From the IMG/VR virus record IMGVR_UViG_3300037834_000037, positions 1 through 38,514 of that record: 38,514 bases of DNA. One strand, written 5' to 3'. A program made the position numbers and the translations under genes. The DNA is from a virus. Its lineage: Duplodnaviria > Caudoviricetes. Positions 1-7,980 of the stretch are shown here, piece by piece. The notes below the pieces were generated by a model. The model was not told where the DNA came from. It searched no databases and saw only the letters and a program-made list of their open reading frames with translations. The number at the start of each line of letters is the position of its first letter. Within the stretch, counting starts at the first letter, position 1.

Positions 1-684
1 TTAGATGACGGTCCATGTGCCGAGCACCCTTCCGATGATGACCAGTTCGTCCGCCGCGTCGCCTGTGACCAGTTCGGGCTGATAGGCCGGGTTCTCCGAG
101 ATGATCTCGATTCCGTCCAGCAGGCGGCGCAGGCGCTTGATGCGCAGCTCGTCGCCGGTGCGGAAGGCGAAGACTCCTTCGCGCAACCGCGTGCTTTTCA
201 GATCGACCAAGGCGCGGGCACCATCGGCGATCAGAGGCGTCATGGAGTCACCCTCGACCGGAAAGACGCTGAGGCCATCGCCCTCGGGTCGCCCCAGGCT
301 GCGCAGGAGGTCGCGGTCGAATGGCATGTCGCCGAGCTTGTCCGCCGCATCGGCGAAGGCGGCCACACCCGCGGCGAAGCGGACATCGTAGATCGGAACG
401 GAGACGAAGCCGCCGGCCTCGGCATTGGCCCGCCCGGCTCCCGTCAGCAGCCAGCGGAGGTCGACGCCCAAGACCTCGGCCAATCGCGCGGCCTTGAAGC
501 CGCCGGGCTCGCTGCCGTTCAGATACTTGTTCAGTGCGCCCACCGAGATCCCCGCGCGCTTGGCTACGACCGCTTGTGGCGTACCGCTCATGGCAGCGTG
601 GAGCCGCTCGGCGAAGCCGGTGGCCAGACTAGATTCATCTGCTGGAGCGCTTGACACGAATCCCTCAGAGAGCGAAAGGTTCAC
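1..684 (-). CDS. Prophage repressor, XRE HTH plus S24 autopeptidase (start may be 657 or 684)
   Basis: HTH (QAVVAKRAGISVGALNKYLNG), candidate Ala-Gly cleavage site (FAAG), catalytic GDSM Ser and IKRL Lys; divergent from ner. Confidence 0.92.
   Translation of the reverse strand: MNLSLSEGFVSSAPADESSLATGFAERLHAAMSGTPQAVVAKRAGISVGALNKYLNGSEPGGFKAARLAEVLGVDLRWLLTGAGRANAEAGGFVSVPIYDVRFAAGVAAFADAADKLGDMPFDRDLLRSLGRPEGDGLSVFPVEGDSMTPLIADGARALVDLKSTRLREGVFAFRTGDELRIKRLRRLLDGIEIISENPAYQPELVTGDAADELVIIGRVLGTWTVI
651..656 (+). promoter_or_regulatory. Possible -35 element (TTGACA) of the early promoter driving ner
   Basis: Perfect TTGACA about 65 bp upstream of ner, next to a palindromic operator; -10 not clear. 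Confidence 0.35.
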
Positions 685-694
685 GATAGTGAAC
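679..694. promoter_or_regulatory. Palindromic operator GTTCAC-N4-GTGAAC (copy 1)
   Basis: GTTCACgataGTGAAC between the divergent repressor and ner; second copy at 926-941. Confidence 0.7.
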
Positions 695-719
695 GTAGAA
701 CTCGCCTAGGGGGCGATCT

Positions 720-992
720 GTGCATCCAGAGGACATCAAAGCTTCCGTCAGGAAGAGGGGGACAACCCTCACGAAGCTGGCGATGGACAACGGTCTAAGC
801 GACAGCGCCTGCCGCAAGGCGCTGACGGTCCCTGTTCCTCGCGCGGATCGTGCGATCGCCGCCTGCATCGGGAAGCCACTCCATGTCATCTGGCCCCAGC
901 GTTATGACCGCGCGGGGAATCGGAAGTTCACGAAAGTGAACTCTACCGATCTTCGAGCGAGCGCGCACCGTCTATCGGCGGGGGCGCAATAG
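720..992 (+). CDS. ner: Ner/Nlp-family transcriptional regulator
   Basis: MHPEDIKASVRKRG...IAACIG...IWPQRY is the Ner signature; divergent from repressor. Confidence 0.9.
   Translation: MHPEDIKASVRKRGTTLTKLAMDNGLSDSACRKALTVPVPRADRAIAACIGKPLHVIWPQRYDRAGNRKFTKVNSTDLRASAHRLSAGAQ
925..942. promoter_or_regulatory. Palindromic operator (copy 2) inside the 3' end of ner
   Basis: AGTTCACgaaaGTGAACT, 7-bp perfect arms. Confidence 0.65.
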
Positions 993-994
993 AC

Positions 995-1297
995 ATGGGG
1001 CAGGCGCTCACTTCGATCCAGGGTCAGGTCGCCGCGGTCCGCAAGGCCGCGGCCCGTGCCGCCCTGCAGGTCCGGGACCTGAAACCGGGGAACTTCAAGC
1101 GAAAGGCCGAGACCCAGCGCGACGTCCTGCTGGCGGCCGCGGCGACCCTTTCGGCCGTCGAGGCGAGCCGGGCGGCGCTGGATCGTCTGCCCGACGCCCA
1201 GCGCGACCGGCTGGCCGTGGCCCTGGCGGCCGGCGGCTATGTCGCCGTGATGGCCGAAGAGCCGGGCACCATGGCCGGGGAGCCGCGTCGTGGCTGA
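995..1297 (+). CDS. Hypothetical phage early protein
   Basis: Tightly packed between ner and the ParB-like gene. Confidence 0.7.
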   Translation: MGQALTSIQGQVAAVRKAAARAALQVRDLKPGNFKRKAETQRDVLLAAAATLSAVEASRAALDRLPDAQRDRLAVALAAGGYVAVMAEEPGTMAGEPRRG

Positions 1298-2165
1298 GCC
1301 GGAAATCCTCCAGTCCATCGTCTTGATCTCCTTGTCGGAAATCGACTGGACGCCCGGGCTGCGCCCGATCGACCCCGTGTGGGTCGAGGGGCTTTCGCGC
1401 CTGATCGACGCCGAGTGCCAGCGCGATCCGATTCTGGTCTGGCGAAAGCCAGACGGCCGGTTCGGCCTGATCGCGGGTCGTCACCGCTTCCGTGCCGTCG
1501 AGGCGTTGGGGAGCCCAACCATCGCGGCGGTCATGTTCCTGGGCGACGCGTTGGAAAGACGCGCCGCCGAGGTGGCGGAGAACCTGCACAAGCCCGGCCT
1601 TTCGCCGCTTGATCGCGCGGCCTTCGTGGCCGAGGCCATCGAGATCGCCAAGGCCCGTGCCGGCGTAGACCCGGCCGAAAGCGCTCAGAAGCTCGCGGCC
1701 GAGGCGCGATGGTCGAAGCGGGTCGGCATTGAAGCCGACGATGCGAGTCGCATCGTGAGACTTGCATTCGGTATGGCCGACGACGTGGCCGAGAAGATCG
1801 GCCTCTCGCGCGCCTCCATCTACCGCGACCTCGAACTCCATCGAGGCCTTCAGGCCGATCTCGTGGAGGCGATCCGCGCCCTGCCGATCGGCGGCAACGC
1901 TGCCCAGCTGCGCGCGCTCGCCAAGCTGGACGCACGCTCGCAGGCCGAGGCCGTGACCCTGATCCGGGACGGCCAGGCCAAGTCGGTCTCGGACGCCGTG
2001 GGCATCCTGAAGCAGAAGCCCCTGCCGGACCCCGCCAAGAAGGCCTGGTCGGCCGTGGTCGGCAACTGGGCGCGGCTGTCGGCCGCCGACCAGAAGGCCG
2101 TGTTGAAGGCGATCAAGCTGCCGAAGGGCGTCACCTTGACGATCGACGGGGAGGCGCTGGGATGA
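1290..2165 (+). CDS. ParB/Srx N-terminal domain protein with HTH
   Basis: PILV...LIAGRHRFRA arginine patch, AENL motif, HTH (VAEKIGLSRASIYRDL). Confidence 0.88.
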   Translation: MAEPEILQSIVLISLSEIDWTPGLRPIDPVWVEGLSRLIDAECQRDPILVWRKPDGRFGLIAGRHRFRAVEALGSPTIAAVMFLGDALERRAAEVAENLHKPGLSPLDRAAFVAEAIEIAKARAGVDPAESAQKLAAEARWSKRVGIEADDASRIVRLAFGMADDVAEKIGLSRASIYRDLELHRGLQADLVEAIRALPIGGNAAQLRALAKLDARSQAEAVTLIRDGQAKSVSDAVGILKQKPLPDPAKKAWSAVVGNWARLSAADQKAVLKAIKLPKGVTLTIDGEALG

Positions 2166-2359
2166 CCGAGCCCCTCGTCGCCGAAGGCCTGTCGATCATG
2201 GGCGAGCGGGGCCGACTGACCGTCCGTCTGCACGACGCGGACGGAGAGGTCGTGGCCATCGCCCGGCTGCGGTCGCGCGAAGCCCTGAACGCCGACCTGC
2301 TGTGGGCCTCGGCCGTCGAGCGGGTGAAGACCGGCTCGCCCTCGCGGGGCACCCACTGA
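2162..2359 (+). CDS. Hypothetical protein
   Basis: Start/stop overlaps with both neighbours. Confidence 0.65.
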   Translation: MTEPLVAEGLSIMGERGRLTVRLHDADGEVVAIARLRSREALNADLLWASAVERVKTGSPSRGTH

Positions 2360-2697
2360 TGGCGCGGCCTTGGGAGCCCGACGAGATCGCCTGGGCGCAG
2401 GAGTGCGCCGGCGCCGGCGACACGCCTGAGGACGTCGCCGAGATGGCCGGACGGACCGTCGCCGACGTCCTTGAGCACGTCCGGTTCCCCCGTCGGACCA
2501 ACAACCTGCGAACGGCGCTGCAGTTGTATGTGGCGGGTACGGACGTCCGGTCGATCGGCCGGGCGATCAAGCCCGACACGCCGCGTCCGGACTCTCTGGG
2601 GGCCTGTTACGTCAAGCGCCTCCGGGCCAAGGGCTTCAACCTGCCCTCGCGGGTGCCCAGCCGGTCCGCAGCCGCGGAGGCGCGCCGTCATGGCTAA
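2359..2697 (+). CDS. Small HTH protein (Myb/GcrA N-terminal-like)
   Basis: ATG overlaps upstream TGA; WEPDEIAWAQ...G.TPEDVAEMAGRTVADV pattern. Confidence 0.6.
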   Translation: MARPWEPDEIAWAQECAGAGDTPEDVAEMAGRTVADVLEHVRFPRRTNNLRTALQLYVAGTDVRSIGRAIKPDTPRPDSLGACYVKRLRAKGFNLPSRVPSRSAAAEARRHG

Positions 2698-3151
2698 GCG
2701 CAAACCCGCCTTCGACACGGCCCAGCTGGGCTTCAGCTTCGAGGCGCCGACCGCCGACGTGGCCGAGGGCGCCCTCGCGGATCTGGACCGGCAGGTCGCG
2801 TCGGCGGTGGCCGGCATCCTGAAGGACGATCCGCGCAGCCGCTGGGAAGTGGCCGGTCAGGTTTCGGCCCTGATGGACGCCGACGTCTCCAAGGCCACGC
2901 TGGACAAGTACTGCTCCGAGGCCAGCCCCGAACACAACATCAGCTTCGCCCGCCTGGTGGCGCTTGTCGTGGCGACGCGCCGCTACGACGTGCTGAACGC
3001 CCTGTTACGCCGGATCGGCGCGACCCTGGTCCTGGGCGAAGAGATCGAGCTGCTGCAAATCGGCCACCTCGAGGCCCAGCGCCGGGCGATCGACAAGCAG
3101 CTGAAAGGCCTGAAAGCGGTCGCCGAACCCATGACGCGGGGGACCCGATGA
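2690..3151 (+). CDS. Phage regulatory protein (CII-like DNA-binding protein preceding the transposase)
   Basis: MAKRKPAF...VSKATLDKYCSEA...HNIS motif typical of the gene before MuA in alphaproteobacterial Mu-like phages. Confidence 0.7.
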   Translation: MAKRKPAFDTAQLGFSFEAPTADVAEGALADLDRQVASAVAGILKDDPRSRWEVAGQVSALMDADVSKATLDKYCSEASPEHNISFARLVALVVATRRYDVLNALLRRIGATLVLGEEIELLQIGHLEAQRRAIDKQLKGLKAVAEPMTRGTR

Positions 3152-5178
3152 CCATGACGATGGGGGTCGGGGGACCCGTCGAACTGCCCCACGAGTCGTC
3201 GCCCGCTGAGGCGGCCTGGTTCACGGCGGCCGAGCTGGCGTCGCTGAAGCTGCCCGGACTGTCGGCGGCCAAGCGCAAGATCAACGAACTGGCCCGCGAC
3301 GAGAAGTGGGCGCTGAAGATCGATCGTCAGGGCCGGCCGCTGGCGCGCCCGCGCGAAGGCCAGCGCGGAGGCGGGCTGGAGTACGCCCTGCAGCTGCTGC
3401 CCCCGCCGGCGGTGGCCGAGCTGGTGCGGCGCGGTCTGGCCGGCGGGCGGGTCCTTCCGGCCGGGGCGATCACGGCCTCGAACGACGAGGCCGTGGAGAC
3501 GCCCGAGGCGCGCATGTGGCGACGGTTCGACGGCCAGTCCGCGTCGGTCAAGGCCGAAGCCCGACGCCGTCTGGAGGCCATCCAGGAAGTCGAGGCCCTC
3601 GAGGCCGCCGGCATGACGCGCAGCGCGGCGGTCGCCGCGACCGCCGCCGCCGTCGAGGTGGGCACGTCCACGCTCTGGGAATGGCTGGGTCTGGTGAACG
3701 GCGTCCGCCCTTCCAACCGGCTGCCCCTGCTGGCGCCGCGCCGCCAGGGCGGCGGCAAGACGGCCGAGGTGGACCCGGGCGCCTGGCGATTTCTGGTCTC
3801 CGACTATCTGCGGCCGGAGCGGCCGACCTTCGCCAGCTGCTGGTGGCGGTGCCAGCGCGACTATTGCGACCCGCTGGGCCTGACCCTGCCGCACCAGAAG
3901 ACCCTGCTGCGCAAGCTGGAGCGGGAGATCGACGAGCGATTGATCACGGCCAGGCGCCACGGCGCGGACGCGCTGCGCGCCCTGATGCCCGCGCAGACCC
4001 GGTCGGTCGCCGACCTCCACGCCCTGGAGCTGGTCAACATCGACGGCCATCGGTGGGACGTCTTCGTGAAGTGGCCGGACGGCCGGATCGCGCGCCCCAC
4101 CATGGTCGCCGTCCAGGACGTGATGAGCCGCAAGATCGTCGCCTGGCGCATCGACGAGACGGAGTCGGCGGTCCTGACGCGCCTGGCCTTCGCCGACCTG
4201 TTCGCCACCTGGGGCATCCCCAAGGCCTGCCTGATGGACAACGGCCGGGCCTTCGCCTCGAAGTGGATCACCGGTGGCGTCTCCAACCGCTTCCGCTTCG
4301 CGGTGAAGGACGAGGAGCCGACCGGGCTGCTGACCAGCCTGGGGGTGAAGATCCACTGGGCCCTGCCGTTCCGGGGGTCTTCAAAGCCCATTGAGCGGGC
4401 CTTCAGGGACCTGTGCGACACCGTCGCCAAGCACCCCGCCTTCGCCGGCGCCTATACGGGCAACCGGCCCGATGCGAAGCCGGAGAACTACGGCTCCAGG
4501 GCCGTCGACCTGGACACGTTCAAGGCCGTGGTGAAGCGCGAGATCGCCGCCCACAATGCCCGGCCCGGGCGCCGCACGGAAGCGGCGGGCGGCGCCGCCA
4601 GCTTCGACCAGGTCTTCGAGGCGTCTTATGCCCGCTCGCCGATCGGCAAGGCCACGCCCGAGCAGCTGCGTCTGGCCCTGCTGGCCTCCAAGGTCATCGG
4701 CACGGATCGCCGCGACGGCTCGGTGCGTGCCCACGGTAACGTGTGGTGGTCGCCGGCCCTCAGCGCCCTGCGCGGCAAGAAGGTGGTGCTGCGCTACGAC
4801 CCCGACGATCTGGCCGCCCCGGTCCATGTCTACGGCCTGGACGATCGCTTCATCGCCACCGCCGAACTTCAGGGCCGCACGGCCTTCCTGGACGCGGGCG
4901 CCGCCCAGCGCCGGGCGCGTCAGGAGAAGAGCCTGAAGCGCGCGGCCAAGGAGCTGGCGCAGCTGCAGGACCTGATGAGTGCCGAGGACCTGGCCGCCTT
5001 CAGCGCCAGCGTCGAGGCCGAGCCGGAAACGCTCCCGGAACCGACGGTCATCCGCCCGGTGCGGATGCGCGGCGGCGCTCTGGCCAAGGCGGCGGTCGCC
5101 CCGGAAGCGCCGCTGTCGCTGAGCGAGCGGATGGCCGCCGCGACCGAGCGGATGCCCAGCCTGCAGGTGGTGAAATGA
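3148..5178 (+). CDS. MuA-like DDE transposase
   Basis: N-terminal Mu DNA-binding motif (WFTAAELASLKLPGL); DDE triad NIDGH / MDNG / KPIER; C-terminal RYDPDDL. Confidence 0.96.
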   Translation: MTMTMGVGGPVELPHESSPAEAAWFTAAELASLKLPGLSAAKRKINELARDEKWALKIDRQGRPLARPREGQRGGGLEYALQLLPPPAVAELVRRGLAGGRVLPAGAITASNDEAVETPEARMWRRFDGQSASVKAEARRRLEAIQEVEALEAAGMTRSAAVAATAAAVEVGTSTLWEWLGLVNGVRPSNRLPLLAPRRQGGGKTAEVDPGAWRFLVSDYLRPERPTFASCWWRCQRDYCDPLGLTLPHQKTLLRKLEREIDERLITARRHGADALRALMPAQTRSVADLHALELVNIDGHRWDVFVKWPDGRIARPTMVAVQDVMSRKIVAWRIDETESAVLTRLAFADLFATWGIPKACLMDNGRAFASKWITGGVSNRFRFAVKDEEPTGLLTSLGVKIHWALPFRGSSKPIERAFRDLCDTVAKHPAFAGAYTGNRPDAKPENYGSRAVDLDTFKAVVKREIAAHNARPGRRTEAAGGAASFDQVFEASYARSPIGKATPEQLRLALLASKVIGTDRRDGSVRAHGNVWWSPALSALRGKKVVLRYDPDDLAAPVHVYGLDDRFIATAELQGRTAFLDAGAAQRRARQEKSLKRAAKELAQLQDLMSAEDLAAFSASVEAEPETLPEPTVIRPVRMRGGALAKAAVAPEAPLSLSERMAAATERMPSLQVVK

Positions 5179-5312
5179 CCCGTCCCGGCATCGTCCGGGC
5201 GCATCCCGCGACCGCGGATGCGCCCGAAAAAAGATCGGGCGCGGAGGGGGTGAAGGCCCTCCGCGCCCGCTGTTCGGGCCTCGCGGCCCTGTCTGAAGAG
5301 AGGAACGCCTAG
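5175..5312 (+). CDS. Possible 45-aa ORF bridging A and B (may be non-coding structured RNA)
   Basis: ATGA overlap with the MuA stop; ends 1 nt before the MuB ATG. Confidence 0.3.
   Translation: MTRPGIVRAHPATADAPEKRSGAEGVKALRARCSGLAALSEERNA
5227..5269 (-). terminator. Possible intrinsic terminator on the minus strand
   Basis: 13-bp perfect stem (5236-5248/5257-5269) followed on the minus strand by ATCTTTTTT. Confidence 0.45.
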
Positions 5313-5313
5313 C

Positions 5314-6300
5314 ATGAACATTGATCGCGGAAAAGAGAGCTACACCCCGGCGGACGTCGAGGCCGTCCGCCAGCGCCTGGTCGAACACAAGACCTATGAG
5401 AGCCTGTCCTGGCCGGCCCTGGCCAAGGCGATCGGCGACGTCGCCGACAGCACGCTGTCGGGCTTCGCCGGCGGCAAGTACGCCGGCGACAACCAGCTGG
5501 TCGCCTGGAAGGTCAATCGCTACTTCCTGGCCGAGGAGATGCGGCGCGAGGAGGCGCTGCTGGCGCCGGTGGTGCCGGACTTCTGCATGACGCGGACGGC
5601 CCGGACCATCATGGGCCAGCTGCGCTGGGCGCACGGCGGCGAGATGGCCGCCATCGTCGGTAACCCCGGCATGTCCAAGACCTCGACCTTCGAGGAGTAC
5701 TGCCGGGTCACGCCCAACGCCTTCATCGCCACGATGAATCCGACGACCCGCGCGGTCCAGCCGATGCTGCAGGAGATCCTCCGCGCCGCCGGCGGCCTGG
5801 GCAAGGCGGCGGTGGCGCACACCCTGTTCGCCATCCTGTGCGAGCGGCTGAAGGGCGCCCGCGCCCTGATCATCGTCGACGAGGCCCAGCACCTGACCGA
5901 CGTCGCGCTGGACCAGCTGCGCGCCATCCACGACCGGCTGAAGTGCGGGATCGTCCTGGCCGGCAATGCCACGGTGCTGACCCGCGTCCAGGGCGGCGCG
6001 CGGCAAGCCGACTTCGCCCAGCTGTCCAGCCGGGTCAGCTGGTCGCAGAGCTATCTGAAGCCCTACGCCGAAGACGTCGGCGTCCTGCTGGACGCCTGGG
6101 GCGTGACCAACGACCGGGAGCGCGAGTTCCTGGGCAAGGTCGCCGAACAGCCCGGCGCCCTGCGCCTGATGACCCAGGTGCTGAAGCTGGCGACCCTGGC
6201 CGCCCGCGCCGACGACGACGACCGCACCCTCAGTCACCTGCGCGCCGCCGAGAAGCAGCTGCAGCATCGTCCGACCTTCGCCGTGGGAGCCGCCGCATGA
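5314..6300 (+). CDS. MuB-like AAA+ transposition ATPase
   Basis: N-terminal HTH, Walker A variant GNPGMSKT, Walker B IIVDEAQHL, QLSSRV, PGALR. Confidence 0.95.
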   Translation: MNIDRGKESYTPADVEAVRQRLVEHKTYESLSWPALAKAIGDVADSTLSGFAGGKYAGDNQLVAWKVNRYFLAEEMRREEALLAPVVPDFCMTRTARTIMGQLRWAHGGEMAAIVGNPGMSKTSTFEEYCRVTPNAFIATMNPTTRAVQPMLQEILRAAGGLGKAAVAHTLFAILCERLKGARALIIVDEAQHLTDVALDQLRAIHDRLKCGIVLAGNATVLTRVQGGARQADFAQLSSRVSWSQSYLKPYAEDVGVLLDAWGVTNDREREFLGKVAEQPGALRLMTQVLKLATLAARADDDDRTLSHLRAAEKQLQHRPTFAVGAAA

Positions 6301-6671
6301 CCGGCTTCAACCCCGCCGACGACACCCCGGCCGACGTCGACGCTGAACTGCAGCTGATCGACCTGGTGCTGGCCGATCTCGGCACGCTGCATCGCCGGGC
6401 CACGGCCGAGACCCTGAGCGGCGAGGACCTTCGCCAGCTGGTCAACCGGGCCCGCTTCCGCCTGAGGCTGGTCCGGGCGGCCCGCGAAGCGGAGGCCGCC
6501 GAGGCAGCGCCGATCGAACTGACGGACAAGGCGGTCGCCTATGCGGCCGCCGCCCAGGTCGGCGCCCGGCCGGACGTCCTGACGGGGATCATGCGTCGAT
6601 GCCGGCTGACGACCGGCACGGGGCTGGCGCGCCGGCTCGGCGCCGAAGCCGTGGGAGAGCGTCGCGCATGA
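6297..6671 (+). CDS. Hypothetical protein
   Basis: ATGA overlap with MuB stop (MTGFNPADD...). Confidence 0.65.
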   Translation: MTGFNPADDTPADVDAELQLIDLVLADLGTLHRRATAETLSGEDLRQLVNRARFRLRLVRAAREAEAAEAAPIELTDKAVAYAAAAQVGARPDVLTGIMRRCRLTTGTGLARRLGAEAVGERRA

Positions 6672-6793
6672 CCCGAAGCCCCGTCTCCCGATGGCTGGCC
6701 TTTCTGGCGCTGGCCTGGCTGCCCCACCGCCCGCGCGAACTGCGCCGCGGCGATTCCCGCCTGATCTCCAATCCGAAGGACCAATCCCGATGA
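6668..6793 (+). CDS. Small hypothetical protein
   Basis: ATGA coupling at both ends (MTRSPVSRWLAFLALAW...). Confidence 0.45.
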   Translation: MTRSPVSRWLAFLALAWLPHRPRELRRGDSRLISNPKDQSR

Positions 6794-7470
6794 TCGAACA
6801 GACCCAAGCCCATCCCATCTCCCCGGCCGGGACTCCGGAGCCGGTGCCGGGCGGCCGCGTCGACGTGGCCGGCAAGATCTACATGACCGACGCCAAGGGC
6901 GCCCTGGTGCCCGTCGAACTGGTGAAGCCGGCGGACCAGCTGCAGGACGAGATGGTCCGCAAGGTGATGGGTTTCGCCCTGGAGCTGAACGCCCGCGTCG
7001 CCCGCTTCAAGCAGCACACGCTGGACGATTTCGCCGCGCTGATGGAGCTGCTGGCGCAGGAGTACCAGACCAGGATCGGCGGGCCGAAGGGCAACGTCTC
7101 GGTCACGAGCTACGACGGGACGCTGCAGGTCCGGCTGCAGATCCAGGAGCGGCTGACGTTCGGGCCCGAGCTTCAGGCGGCGAAGACCCTGGTCGACGAG
7201 TACCTGACCGAGCTGACGGAGGACGCCGGCCCGGAGCTTCGCGGCATCGTCACCCACGCCTTCCGAACGGACCAGGCGGGTCTGATCAATCGGGCCGAGC
7301 TGTTCCGTTTGCTGCGCTACGAAATCGCCGACGCACGCTGGCAGCTGGCCATGAAGGCGATCCGCGATTCCATCCGGGTCGAGGGTTCCAAGGAACACGT
7401 CCGGTTCTATCGCCGGCCGTCGGCCACCGCGAAGTGGGAGGCCGTCACGATCGACGTGGCGGACGCGTGA
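6790..7470 (+). CDS. DUF3164-family Mu-like phage protein
   Basis: YMTDAKGALVP...KGNVSVTSYDG...FGPELQAAKTLVDE...W..AM.AI.DS motifs. Confidence 0.88.
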   Translation: MIEQTQAHPISPAGTPEPVPGGRVDVAGKIYMTDAKGALVPVELVKPADQLQDEMVRKVMGFALELNARVARFKQHTLDDFAALMELLAQEYQTRIGGPKGNVSVTSYDGTLQVRLQIQERLTFGPELQAAKTLVDEYLTELTEDAGPELRGIVTHAFRTDQAGLINRAELFRLLRYEIADARWQLAMKAIRDSIRVEGSKEHVRFYRRPSATAKWEAVTIDVADA

Positions 7471-7601
7471 TGGCGGCCTCGCTGTTCGAGGTGGCGCGGT
7501 GCGCCATCGGCGGGCTGATCGCCGTCTGTCTGGTCGCGGCCGAGCCCGAGGATCTGGCGCGGGCGCTGCGCCGACTGACGGGCGGGAGGGCGCGTCGATG
7601 A
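7470..7601 (+). CDS. Small hydrophobic protein (43 aa, not in ORF track)
   Basis: TGATG coupling; MAASLFEVARCAIGGLIAVCLVAAEPEDLARALRRLTGGRARR. Confidence 0.5.
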   Translation: MAASLFEVARCAIGGLIAVCLVAAEPEDLARALRRLTGGRARR

Positions 7602-7765
7602 CCGCCTTTCTCGCGGGCCTGACGCCCTGGACCGACCTTTTCCTGGTGACGCTGACGCAGGCCCTGGCCTGGCTGACGGCGATTGCGGGCTTCGGCCTGG
7701 TCGCGGCCTTCGCGGTCTCGCGTCTGCGGCTCGGGTTCCGCCGGGGCGGGAGGCGGGGCAAGTGA
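7598..7765 (+). CDS. Small membrane protein
   Basis: ATGA coupling, upstream GGAGG, hydrophobic stretch and basic C-tail. Confidence 0.6.
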   Translation: MTAFLAGLTPWTDLFLVTLTQALAWLTAIAGFGLVAAFAVSRLRLGFRRGGRRGK

Positions 7766-7980
7766 GCGTCACCCACGACCAGCGGCTGATGATCATCCGG
7801 CTGCCCGGCCTGATCAGCCGGCATCGCGACGTCCTGTCGGACTTCGAGGCCCAGCTGGTCGACGATGTGCTAGACCGGTACCGGACCCGCGGTGCCCGGC
7901 TTGCCCTGACCAGCAACGAGCGGCTGGTTCTGGCCGACGCCTACGCGGCGCTGAACGCCGCCGCGAGGGCCGCGGCATGA
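7762..7980 (+). CDS. Hypothetical protein
   Basis: GTGA coupling, upstream GGAGG. Confidence 0.65.
   Translation: MSVTHDQRLMIIRLPGLISRHRDVLSDFEAQLVDDVLDRYRTRGARLALTSNERLVLADAYAALNAAARAAA

Noticed and set aside
679-701. GTTC/GAAC motifs as a host SOS box controlling the phage
   Set aside because: Spacing is inverted N8 or direct N3, not the N7 direct repeat; treated as a phage operator
759-777. GGGACAA in ner as a left-end transposase site
   Set aside because: Only 7 bp match, no CTGGAG half and no terminal TG; the left end must lie beyond position 1
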